Shown here piece after piece: positions 22,473-33,800 of a stretch of DNA of 64,000 bases. The notes below the pieces were generated by a model, which worked only from the letters and a program-made list of their open reading frames with translations, did no database searches and was not told the origin of the DNA. Both the position numbers and the translations under genes were made by a program. Source of the stretch: a virus; IMG/VR virus record IMGVR_UViG_3300009152_000041, positions 1,901-65,900 of that record. The stretch is one strand, 5' to 3'. Each line of letters begins with the position of its first letter. Within the stretch, counting starts at the first letter, position 1.

Positions 22473-23633
22473 TTACGCTCCCATTATAACAGAGAATAGG
22501 CTAAGCGTACCAGCAGCCATGTAACTTTTATCATCAGATAGTCTATAATCTTTATTGGGTATATTCCTATTATCTACCTTAATATTACCAACAGTGACAG
22601 ACATGATTAGCTCTGAAGAAAGCTTCATCTGTCTTTCTATTTCTGATATTGAAACTGAGTCACCAATTGTGAGACTGTTTAAATATCTATTTAAGAAAAT
22701 CTTTGATTGATTTTCTACGCTTCTAGCAATTGCTCCCGCTGTTCCCTCTCTTAGGGTCAAGGTAGCTGAAACATCTACTAATTTTTTAGTAGCTATTCTA
22801 AGATTCATATTAATACCAACTGGTTTAACTGCTTTAATTTTTTCGTAAACCAACTGACTCATTATACTTATTCCAGCTTGAGTTTCTGGTATAACAACTA
22901 TATCGCAAGTACCAACACCAAGAGAAGCTTCTCTTATTTTTACATCCCTTACACCTTTAACTGACAAGGCTGCAAACCTAACGGATTCTGCGGTACCTGA
23001 AGAGGAACCTCTAATTCCTGAAACTATTCTTCTTCTATAGTTATCGTCAGATTCAGAGTTAAGACTACTATAAACTTCCTTCGGATTATTACAGTACACT
23101 ACGATACCCGGAGGTGATATGAAATTATGTTTTACCAAGGTATTTCTAGCTGCAGTTACATTGTTGTCTGCAAATTTTGCCTTAACTGACCCATAGGCTC
23201 TTGTGTTGCCAGTTGTTATAACGATATCTGAATTTAGCTCATACTGATATTGGGTTGAAGAAAATGCTGTCGTATCATTATATACGAGCGTTCCCTTTGG
23301 AATGGTTACGGTTGAACTGTGAGTTGTATTTAAATAAAATTCTATATTTCCAGTAACTCTTTCTGGGACTAGTTCAGATGATATCGTTCTACGCTGCACG
23401 TTATATAGGGTGCCTATCATATCTAGGTTGATTCCTGAAGCCGTTGAAAGATTAGATTGCTCTATACTCACCTTTAAAGAGTTATAAAGATCGCTAATTT
23501 CAGAATGAATTGCTTCCGCAAAAGCTCTAGCTATTGATCCAGGAGAGATGGCACTGATTCCTGCGTTTTTTTGCAGGGCGTTAAGAGTAGCTACCAGCAT
23601 TTGCTCTTTACTCTTTATGTTAACTGATACCAC
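22473..23633 (-). CDS. Baseplate J-like protein (386 aa)
   Basis: Overall architecture: N-terminal SPGSIARAFAEAIHSEISDLYNSL, ISxPPG.VVYCN, central SGTAESVRFAALSVKGVRDVKI, VVIPETQ, VKPVGINMNL. Confidence 0.8.
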   Translation of the reverse strand: MVSVNIKSKEQMLVATLNALQKNAGISAISPGSIARAFAEAIHSEISDLYNSLKVSIEQSNLSTASGINLDMIGTLYNVQRRTISSELVPERVTGNIEFYLNTTHSSTVTIPKGTLVYNDTTAFSSTQYQYELNSDIVITTGNTRAYGSVKAKFADNNVTAARNTLVKHNFISPPGIVVYCNNPKEVYSSLNSESDDNYRRRIVSGIRGSSSGTAESVRFAALSVKGVRDVKIREASLGVGTCDIVVIPETQAGISIMSQLVYEKIKAVKPVGINMNLRIATKKLVDVSATLTLREGTAGAIARSVENQSKIFLNRYLNSLTIGDSVSISEIERQMKLSSELIMSVTVGNIKVDNRNIPNKDYRLSDDKSYMAAGTLSLFSVIMGA

Positions 23634-23634
23634 T

Positions 23635-24015
23635 TTAGGCTCCTAAGTCTTGCGTTATGGACAATATCGTAGGTTCATTTAAGTCACCCATTAAATAAAC
23701 ATCAAACCTAATGGAGTCTGCGGAAACCGGTACTGCTTCAATAGTAATTTGTCTGTTTTTAAAAACCCCTTCTCTTTCTAGGGCTGCACGAATTAATCTT
23801 TTGCCGAAGTCACCAGTTTGAGGGTTTTGAGGCATTCCGTATAACATCGACAGTTGAGTCCCTAGTTGAGGGTAGATGAAGAAGTCACCTGGCTCAGTCA
23901 TCAACCTCATGTATACATGCTGTATATCTTTTTCTGACATAGATTGGACTAAGCCCAAATCTCCAGATCCATTTACCACTAAATCACCACTAAGGCTGAT
24001 ATAAAAATCAGACAT
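23635..24015 (-). CDS. gp25-like baseplate wedge protein (126 aa)
   Basis: MSDFYISLSGDLVVNGSGDLGLVQ...EKDIQHVYMRLMTEPGDFFIYPQLGTQL pattern of GPW/gp25-like proteins; adjacent to baseplate J. Confidence 0.75.
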   Translation of the reverse strand: MSDFYISLSGDLVVNGSGDLGLVQSMSEKDIQHVYMRLMTEPGDFFIYPQLGTQLSMLYGMPQNPQTGDFGKRLIRAALEREGVFKNRQITIEAVPVSADSIRFDVYLMGDLNEPTILSITQDLGA

Positions 24016-24712
24016 TATTGTCTCCTATGCTTTCTTTAACAATATCTAACGCCTGGTTTATCGAACGTCCATTAGACATTAGGTCTCTTATTCTATTTAT
24101 TAAATTAGCCTTTGACATACTCTCTGCATTAAACAACGCAGAAGAGTTCCTATCCCAAAAAGAATCTAATTTAATAATATCTTCTTTTGTAAAATCATTA
24201 TCTAATGAAGAATTTTCCAATACATCCACCGAGACAACATCAGTGTTAGTGGTTTCTCTATAGGCGTAGCTGCCGTTAATAGTAACTGTCTGTTGTGAAT
24301 CTTCTTGGTCTATTAAATCTAAATTCTTTATGTAATGATCCATATTTAAAAAAGCTGGATTATAAGATTTATCATTTGCGCTGACAAATGCTGGCTCGGA
24401 AAACACAGTTGCCGAATGATTAAACTCCATAGAGTTCCATTTTAAACCATCTTCTTTTGTAAAAAACTTAATATTATCCGCAAAAAGAGAAATGGTTTTT
24501 GTTGATCCATTTATGACTATACCTACTCCAGGCGCTGAAAATATTTCTATATCACCAGAATCCGTTAGTCTTATAAAAGATGAATTATCCGGATGAGTAA
24601 GTCCTACTTCTCTTTGGGAAAAGTTTTTTCTCCTACTTAATTCATCTAACTCAGAAGCGGTCTTGCCAGCTACTGATTCAAAAGACTTTTGTGCATGAAT
24701 TTTTTCTGACAT
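24008..24712 (-). CDS. Baseplate/tail-associated protein, about 234 aa
   Basis: Intact ORF; likely start ATG TCA GAA at 24712 rather than 24736, because it directly follows the upstream stop. Confidence 0.55.
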   Translation of the reverse strand: MSEKIHAQKSFESVAGKTASELDELSRRKNFSQREVGLTHPDNSSFIRLTDSGDIEIFSAPGVGIVINGSTKTISLFADNIKFFTKEDGLKWNSMEFNHSATVFSEPAFVSANDKSYNPAFLNMDHYIKNLDLIDQEDSQQTVTINGSYAYRETTNTDVVSVDVLENSSLDNDFTKEDIIKLDSFWDRNSSALFNAESMSKANLINRIRDLMSNGRSINQALDIVKESIGDNNV

Positions 24713-24713
24713 T

Positions 24714-25076
24714 TTAAACCATAAACTTTGGTACACCAGTGTCTACACTGTAGTTGGGCATATATCTTCCTACGCTATTTGTATCGTCTATATATGATAC
24801 TATATGTGGAAATCTTTCATTGGCATCCGCGAAACCAACTATACATCTCGTGCCTGCTGTTGGTGCAACGCTTTGTACGCCAAGGGTAGATGGACATGGA
24901 ACGCTTCTTAATATGTTGCCAACTTGATTTGTCATCCTATCGTCTAGGATAATTACAGCTGTATTGGTCATTTTATTATATGACATAATAGTTCCAGATC
25001 TTGTTTTAGATTGCTGAAGCTGATTATTGCTAATGTGTGAATTTAATTTTTCATCAAACTTTGGATACTGTTTCAT
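24714..25076 (-). CDS. Baseplate spike/OB-fold-like (gpV-like) small protein, 120 aa
   Basis: SRSGTIMSYNKMTNTAVIILDDR...ILRSVPCPSTLGVQSVAPTAGTRCIVGFADANERFPHIVSYIDD resembles the gpV/gp5 N-terminal OB domain. Confidence 0.5.
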   Translation of the reverse strand: MKQYPKFDEKLNSHISNNQLQQSKTRSGTIMSYNKMTNTAVIILDDRMTNQVGNILRSVPCPSTLGVQSVAPTAGTRCIVGFADANERFPHIVSYIDDTNSVGRYMPNYSVDTGVPKFMV

Positions 25077-25087
25077 ATGTTATCCCC

Positions 25088-27842
25088 TTATGCGCTCCAC
25101 GCAGATGATGTTCCAGCATACTCATACTTACTTCCTGGGAAGGTTGTTGAATTTATATTTCTTGGTCTTATTCTTTCTGAACCTTGACTCTCATCGTGCT
25201 GGTCAACATATTGACCGTTTCCCACTGAAATCCCTACGTGGCCATAGCCATCGGCCCCACCCTTCCAAAACACCAAATAACCAGCTGGTGGGTTCTTTCC
25301 AAATTCGGTGTTTGGTCCATAGAATGAGGAGCTAGATATAAGATTAGACAGGTGTTCTCCTGCTGTTGGGAATGAGCTAAGACTAGGTGTGGGCACGGTA
25401 TATTCAGGTGCGTTGCCGGCAGTTCCCCACTCATCTGTAAACAGTGCAGTTTGGGCTGTACCAAATAATCCTAAAGCTGCTGAGAGAACTCTGGCAAATC
25501 TATCACAGCCAAAATTAGGGGGATCCAAAAGATCTGGACGGTACTTAGTCAACCATTGAGGAATTTTGTTAGTACTAATCCAATCTGCGGCTTCTTCGAT
25601 TTGGTACTTAGTGAAAGATGCGGGAGACCCATCTCCACCAGCACCTTGTTTTTCAACTACGTCAACGTTATAGGTGATAACTCCACTATCGCCTTCGTTT
25701 ATCAATGAACCATCTTTAGCATGATCATAGAATACCGTACCGTCCATCCACTGTTCTATGTAATTTATTGTTCTTTTATTACTCTTTTTGAAGTTTACTC
25801 TAACCCAATCCTCTAGCGTTTCTATGGGTTTTCCTGTTGTTAAATATACGTTAACAGCATTTTGAAATTTTGTTCCGAATATAAATCCACAATCAGATCT
25901 TGGTGTACCATCTGAATTATTATAATCTCCCCAATGGAAAAAACCGTTAGATCCATCTATCTTATTTACGTTTTTGAAATCTGATCTACCCCACTTATCC
26001 ATCAGCATCCAAACTTGATTAATCGGAAACCACAACCTATCATCGGTAGTAGACTTTGAAGCCTCTTTATTGGTGGTTGTAGTATAAATATCTACTAATT
26101 TTTTTGCTACTGCATTAGGATCCCAGGAAGAGGCTTCAGTAGCAGAGTACATTAACCTATGGGCTTTAACTAATTGCTTTGTTGCAGCAGAACCATCGTA
26201 ATAAATTGGCACGTTGCTTGATGTGTTAGTTGACCTCGTAATTAAGGAAATTAAATTATACTGAAACATTCCAATTGAAACGTCACCACCCCAACTTGTT
26301 TTACTGTCACTGCATTTGCCGTTATAACCCGCTGGACTAGCTCCACTCTCTCTTCCCGCTACAGCGCAAAAAATTGCTGCTGCCTCATCAGAGAATGGAC
26401 CTTCTTGGGAAAGCATTATGAATAGCTCGTAAGGAGTTATTGGTGGACCACCATTTTTGTAATTTTTATAGGCTTTTTCTTTTGCTGATGCCCCACTTGC
26501 TGAATCATCTACTGGGTTTCCATTTTCATCAAACTTTTGAGCTGAAGCATCAGAGGTTGTCCAGCCGCCAGAACCAATATATTTACCACCTCTTTGTGGA
26601 CTGAAACTAATGTGTATATTTTCTGTGTGTTCTGGACCAAATTCAAAGTTAACATATTTTAGATTTGGATATTGTGTTTTGATTGCAGTATCAACTGACT
26701 CAAAACCTTCTCCAATTCCTTTATCCTTTGCAACGTCTGGATCAATTACTATAAGATCTGGCATTAGCGGTTGTGGCATTGTGTTTAACTTTTGCAAAAC
26801 AATATCTAAGGCAACTGCGTATCTCTCTTTACCTCTTATTACGCCATAATCACCAACTGATCTAATATCAAATGCTCTTCCAAAAACATGATCAGAAATA
26901 GAGTTCTTAGCATTTTTGTCAATTCCACTTTCTGGATTTGAATGCCTACTCGTCTTATCGCTTTCTGACAACACTGCTCTATTAAGAGCAAATGTTCCAT
27001 TTATTTTAACGCCTTTATTTACATCTGTCATCATTAATAAACATTCTATTAGAGAAGCGCTAATAAATGCTTTTTTCTTAGGAGAACTTATTAACGATGA
27101 TTCAACCGATAACTCAGTTGAGTCAACATTATAATATGAATTTGTTTGCACGAAAGAATAGGAAGATAGAACATCTGGTATGTCAAAATCAAACCCAATT
27201 GTTAAAGCTGGCTCATTAATAGATTGCTTAAGTAATGTTCCTCTGTCTATATAGATTTGCTTCTCTTCTTCACTTAATTCTTCTTCTGCTGCAATAGCTC
27301 TTTCTCCTAAGCCTGGAGCTTCACTATCTATTGTATAGGCGGTGCTATTGTGTGTGAATAGTGCTCCAGTGGAATCTCCAACTTTAGACTTATCATTTCC
27401 TGGCCATTTTCCATTTGTTGACTCCAGTAAAGGGTTTAGAACTGACGTTGGTGCAAAACCAGTTCCAACTAAAGACTGAGAAACTACTTTCAAGTATGCT
27501 TGGTCACCTTTTAATACATCAACATCTCCCGGTCCTTGATAATCTGGATTAGCTATCTGGAATGCATCACCAGACTGAATTCCCGTTGCAAGAATGGAAT
27601 GAAGGGATGATCTAACGAACCTAGACGATGCGTCTGCTAATGCTGCAGGATTTCTAGTTAATGCTCCGTCCAGCCATTATGTCTGTTAAATTTCTAGATG
27701 TTAATGTCTGATTTGCGTACTTTTCTTTTGAAGCTGAAGTATGTAAGCTATTCGCTCCATCGGGATTATAGCCTTCCGACAACTTTGATATAAAAGCAGC
27801 AGAATCATTAAAGTCATTTAGATTAAAATTAAAATCAGACAT
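25088..27842 (-). CDS. Baseplate-associated multi-domain peptidoglycan hydrolase (M15-like peptidase + lysozyme/transglycosylase-like + NlpC/P60- or CHAP-like), about 917 aa after +1 shift at CGG (27666-27668)
   Basis: Track gives 62 aa + 801 aa (TTG start). Junction NLTDIMAG-[CGGA]-ALTRNPAALADASSRFVRSSLHSILATGIQSGDAFQIANPDYQGPGDVDVLKGDQAYLKVVSQ. Motifs SDHVFGRAFDI, ENIHISF, AVAGRESGASPAGYNG, GYLVFWKGGADGYGHVGISVGNGQYVDQ. Length 2755 nt = 3n+1. Confidence 0.75.
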
Positions 27843-27844
27843 TA

Positions 27845-30800
27845 TTACAATCCACCCTTTTGTTCAACAAGACTAGGCATTGGTATAGATCTATCTAAGC
27901 CGCCAGTAGATGCTCTCTCTCTTAATAGGTCTACGGTGTAGACTTGAGCTAAGTTATTTGTTACTAGTTCCCAGTTAAGAGTTGCTGGTACTCCGTCATT
28001 ATAGTACTCATCCCAAGAAATATATGGCCATTCTGAAGCTTTTGAATAAAGAACTTCTAATATTTTAAAGTTAACTAAATCATTAAACAATTTTCTTTCA
28101 TCATTAGTTATAGTTAATAATGGGTCCGTTTCTCCAGTAATTTCAAAATGATTTTCCATACCAGAAGTATATATTGAGTTATATATTTCATCAAACTTTT
28201 GACCAAATACTGATTCTTGATAAAGATTTTTTTTGAATTTTTCTTTTTTCTGTATAATATTTAAGCCAAGATTTTGCACAAAGAAAGATCTTACTATAGA
28301 AATATTTGTTTCTTTATCCTCATCGAGGATCCTGTAAAATACGGTTCCTAAAGATTTTTCTCTTTCTTGGTCTCCATAATTAACACCCTTAAAATAACTA
28401 TTTGTATTATTAATTCTTGAACCAGGCGACAAGTCATCTTCTGTGTAAATAGAAACTGAAGATTGATCATTTGGAGAAATTCTAATAACAAAAGGCTTAT
28501 CTCTGAGTCTTTCACTTACGAAAATTGCTGCTCTTCCACCTGGTGAATTAACGTTTATTGCAGTCGTTGGATCATCTGGTTTATACCCAGCTTGTATAGA
28601 AGTATTTGTGTAGGCTTGAAAAGTGCCAAGACTTGAAGCTATTATTCCCTCTAGTCTGACCTTAAAAGGTTGACCAGTTGGATTCATCAAATCTATAACT
28701 TCTATCTCATCACCATCTATAACATTGTTTAATTTGCATATCACTTTAAAGTATTGATTTAACCCAGTTTTATCTGGACCAGTTCCAGAATATTTTAATA
28801 CCTCAGCGTTAACTAATGCATTTTCGTAACTCACATATCTTACTAGGTCGGTTATTTCTTTTTCTTTCCAACCTAAACTCTTAAGTAAGTCGTCATTTCT
28901 AATAAATGCATTGCCGTCAACGGTTCTAACCTTGCTCTTTACTCCTAAGATTCCAGGAAGAAGTCTCTTTGTATGATATCTACCAACAACCATTCCTTGA
29001 TTTATTGCAAGACTAGCATCCATCGGTTGACCGTTTTTATTCAGGTAAGATATATAACAACCATGTTGATCTAAAACGTTATCCCTTACCCACTTCCAGC
29101 CCTTCCAAAATAAATCAGATGCTATTCCAGCACCAATTCCAGCACCAATTGGTCCACCAAGAAGTGCCCCAGCTGTTGCGGTTAAGCCAACGGTAGTCAA
29201 GTAAGTTGCTGCAATTCCAGTTAAGCTCATTCCATTTTCAGAGTTTTGCTTCATCTGATTCTCTATTTGAGATTGAGCGTCTGTTAATCCTTCGGCCGCA
29301 AAGTTTGCCATTATGTCAGACATGAGTGCGCTTGATCCATGAGTAAACTGTACGCCACCCATCATTTGTGACCTTAGCGCCTCTGACATTCCATCAACGG
29401 AGATATTTCCACCAGACAAGATTCCAGTACTTCCAGCTTGCACTGAGTTAATTAAACTTCTTGTATCATTTCTTATATTCTGAATTGACATCCAAGAGTG
29501 AATCCAACTGGACATAAACCATCTAGCTGGATCATTTACGGTTACAAGAGCGTTAGGCGTAATAGAAGTGATGAATCCCATATTTGGGGTAAAGTGATGA
29601 ACCACTTGTTCAACTTCAAAAATTCCATACATTCTTTCATAGACGTCAGCTAGATAAACTAAGTCATGAGGTCTTATGTCTGGACTTCCTATTACAATTA
29701 ACTCTCCAGAATAAATATCTTTTAAAGATTCTTTAAGGTGAGCTAAGGCAACTCTTCTTGCCATTAGTTCATCTGGCGCACCTTGAGATAGTTTTATTGC
29801 TCCTCTTGCAAATTCTATTGGATGGAACAACGGTTGAGCAATTCCGAATAAACCTTCGCCAGCTATATTGTCAAAAAATAAACCAGTCTCTACAGTTTTT
29901 TCAACCTGTCTTTCTGCTGGAATGCTCTTATCCAAAGCTACTGTTACTGGATACTTTCCTTCAGATACAGCGGTTACTTGAGTTGCTACGTTAGTTGTAG
30001 TCTCTTGTATATTATTGGCTATGATAGTTGAAAATGAACTTAAGTAATGTATTTTTTGAAATGGCTCACGTACTTCAACTACTGGTTCACCATACTCTCT
30101 AGTAAATGGATTGTCAATGGCCCTTAGAAGTGATCCAGGTCTTCCTAATGAGTAGTAAATAGAATCGTTTAATACTTTATTCATAATGTTTGCTTGCTTA
30201 GAGAAGTTGTCTATATTAGACAAACCATATCCCATCTGAAGCATCGACATTCTAAACATGTTCATTAGACCTGATAGGCCATCGCTTAGTGCCGTAAACA
30301 ATGGCCCAATATTTTGATCCCAGAATTTATCAATATTATGAGTTAGTACACCAACTACGTTACCTGCACTATTTCCCTCACCTTTATTGTCTGCTAAAAG
30401 TTTTAAGAACTTTCTTTTATTTGATGCGTAGTCTTGATTTGGATCAATAAATGCAGCAAATATTTTATGAACAGGGCTAAAGTCCCACATATCATCACTC
30501 GAATACTGTCTGTTTGGTTTTAGTACCAACCAAGCTCGTGCATATGCGTCCTGCCACATTGCTTGTCTAAACATTCCAACTATTAATAAAAACACTTGCT
30601 TTGGTGTAAAGTTATCTTTAATTATATCATCTGCTTTTGGCTGCCCACCACCAACATCAGCACCAAGTATTAAAGACAAATTAGATTGCGACTGTAAGAA
30701 TAATCCTAATTTTTTATATTTTGTTTTTGTTAAAGCATCGAAATATCTGACCAACCCACCTTCATCAAGAGGTGCATCAACTAAGTTTTTTCTAGCGAAT

Positions 30801-33800
30801 TCTATAGCTTGTTTAACCGTATCAGAACTGACTGATGATGCAACCCCTGTTTCAATCTGCCTCTCCATTGAATCAGCTGTACCAGATGGTTTTCCAGTTC
30901 TTTGATTTGGATTTGCTATAAAATCGCTTCCAAGCAATAAACTGAATTCATCTACTGCCGTACTGTCTGGACCATTAGCACTAAATAATTTAAATATGTC
31001 TGGATTTGCTTTTGGATCTCGTAATATTGCTACTAAGAAATCCGGAAGCGGCGTTGTGTCATCAGGATCCATGCCAAAAGCATCAAAAAATATTTTCTTT
31101 ATTGAGATTTCGTTATGGTAACCAAATCTAAATTGATCCCATATATCATTTGCTTGACTAAGATTTCTTCCATTTCCAGCTATTACATGAGTAGCTGGAC
31201 TAAATCCTTCATCAAAAAACTCTCTAGCTTTTATGGATTCTGGTGCAGCTGGATCATATACAGGAGCAAAACGTTCTCTTCCAGCGCCAGAATCCTCATC
31301 TCCAGTAGTTTTAAGCTCACCATCTAAAACTTCATATAACTTTTCTCTTTCAAGAGCGCTGTACTCTGCCTTTAGTATGTAGTCAAAATAACTATTTTCT
31401 TGGTCTTTACCAGCAAGGATGTTTCCACCTCTAGCGGCTGCTTCAGCAAAATGGCCTTGATCAAGAAGTGTTATTCCACTTACTGGAATATACTCTTGCC
31501 ACTGAGTATTTGTAAAAGCTGTTGGTCTTTCATTTAATAGCTCTAATTGTCTTTCAAGATTATCTGCTGTACCGGATATACCCAGCTTCTGCATACCTGA
31601 TTTATTTGCTTTTTCTGCTATAAGTTTTCCATCACCCTCTGCCGAGAAGGCACCAAAGCCAATGTAGTAATCCATGTCAACATGAGTTTCACCGTTATAG
31701 TTAAACTCATTAGCTGGGTTGTATATTGTTGTTACAACGCCAAGTGGAATACTGTCATCTACAAAAGTAAAGTAGCAGTCTCTTGGCATTGGCACTGGAG
31801 CAAGTCCGGCTTTTGCTAATGCTTGAGCTGATGCGTTGGAAGAAGAATTATCATTACCAGTTTCATCACTTTCTGCTCCAAAGTATTTTTTTTCATTTTC
31901 TGTAAGATGCATCACTCCAAGAAAATATGCCGCGTCTGGGGAAACAACGGCTGCTAAATCTACTTCCTTAAAAGTATCGGCTTTAAAGTTAATAAACTGA
32001 TCATCAGTTCTGTTTCCAGCATCAGATAAATTACCGTCGATTAAGTCAGCTTTATCTGTTCCCCATAAGAAGTATGCTGGCTTACACACAACTGCTGTTC
32101 TAGTTGTTGGACTATAAACTAAAACTTTTCTGTTCTTATAATCTTTTGGTTTACCATAAAATTGATTTACATCTCTATCTGAGAAATATTTATCTTTAAA
32201 CTTTTTAAATATTTCATCATCTTTATCTTCAATTATTTCATATGGCCATCTCATAGCTATGTAGAATTGCTCATCAAGAGCGCTAACTGGAGATCCCCAA
32301 TCTCTGTAACTAAATGGACTTCCAGAAGTAATTCTATTTTGATTAATATACTCGTACTCCCAAGATCCCTCAAGAGAATCCAATCCTCTAGTTTGCTCTT
32401 TCAAGGAAGGCAGTGGCATTCTTATTAACGACTTACTTCCTGCTACTCCACTTGTGTTTAAGTCAAATATAAATTTATCATTACCAAATGTATTGATTGG
32501 ATTAACTGCAGCAGTAAATGATACTCCTGCAAGATTTATAGCAAATTCATCTTCAGAGCCACCTTCACGGTTGTCCGTTAGTGAACCAGCAAGTAGGCCT
32601 GCTTCTGTATCTATTAAGGTTGTATATAGAGTATCGTGACCTAACTTTTCAAAATCTTTGTCACCATCATGTATGGTTCCAGTCTTGAGTCTTTCATCAC
32701 CTTCTCCTGACTTATTGCTACTTAATGCGTAGAATGCGTAGTCTAATAAAACTGCTCCAGCAACCCTGTCTGTGAAAAATGGAAAAGAAAACCTAAGCGG
32801 CATTTGGGGTATTTCTTTGTGTATACCTTTTATTTTTTCAATATCTAACTCAGATGCTTGTCCACTGGAATCTATCGGCAAGTGAAAACCAACCGTTACG
32901 TAACCTTTATTCTTTGGTATTTCCGATATAATATCATTGAATAATTGTTCTTTTGTTGTTTTATTGTTTCCGTAGTACGCAGTTCTAAAAGGATCCAAGA
33001 AGTTAATTACTTTACCTCTTAGTATCCCAGCAGGTGCATATATGTCTGAGTATGATGATTGTTGTCTAACTATTTCAGAAATAGATATTGCTGGATTTTG
33101 TGCCTGCCTCATTGCTTCGTAATCAGCAGTAGAATTTGATTGCTTGTTAACCTTTGTCAAGAGATCCATTAATTCTGAATCTGGAGTTCTATAACTTGGA
33201 GTCTTTAATCCTAGTTCTACAGCTCTTTTTTCAGAAGGAAAACCAGTAGTGATTGGAACTACTGCTGAAGTGTACAACCAGTGTGGCTTACCATAGAATA
33301 CGGTTGATCTGTCTTCAAACGGTCTTACGGCAACGATGTAGTTTGGAAGTAGTCTTGCGCACATTTGGAAAAGATCCCAAACAGATTTCATATATGTTTG
33401 CGCTCTAAATGAAACTTCATCAAAGCCTGGCATGTCGTCATCAAGATCACTAATTAGTCCAAACGTTTTCCAAATGTTTACACCGCCTCTACCAGTTAAG
33501 CTTCCAAGCAAAGATGCTCCTCCACCAACTGCCATAGCTCCACCTATGACTGGAAGCGCAATACCACCTGTACCAATAGCTAATGCGGCTCCTGCTGCCA
33601 ACAGTCCTCCACCAGGCACTGCTGCTGCGGTTCCGCCACTAGCTCTTGCTTCCATTCCCTGTGTTAGATTATCTATTGCAGCTGAGGCATTTTCTGATCC
33701 TCCATCATATCTTTGAAGTAAATTATTCCATGAAGAATCTGTAAGTCTATTTAGATATTCCAATCTTGGATTTGGCATGTCTTCGGGAGTTAAAGATGCT

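Noticed and set aside
27494-27653. Non-coding gap before the TTG-initiated 801-aa ORF
   Set aside because: The region is fully open and protein-like in the downstream frame; it becomes coding after the CGG shift at 27666.
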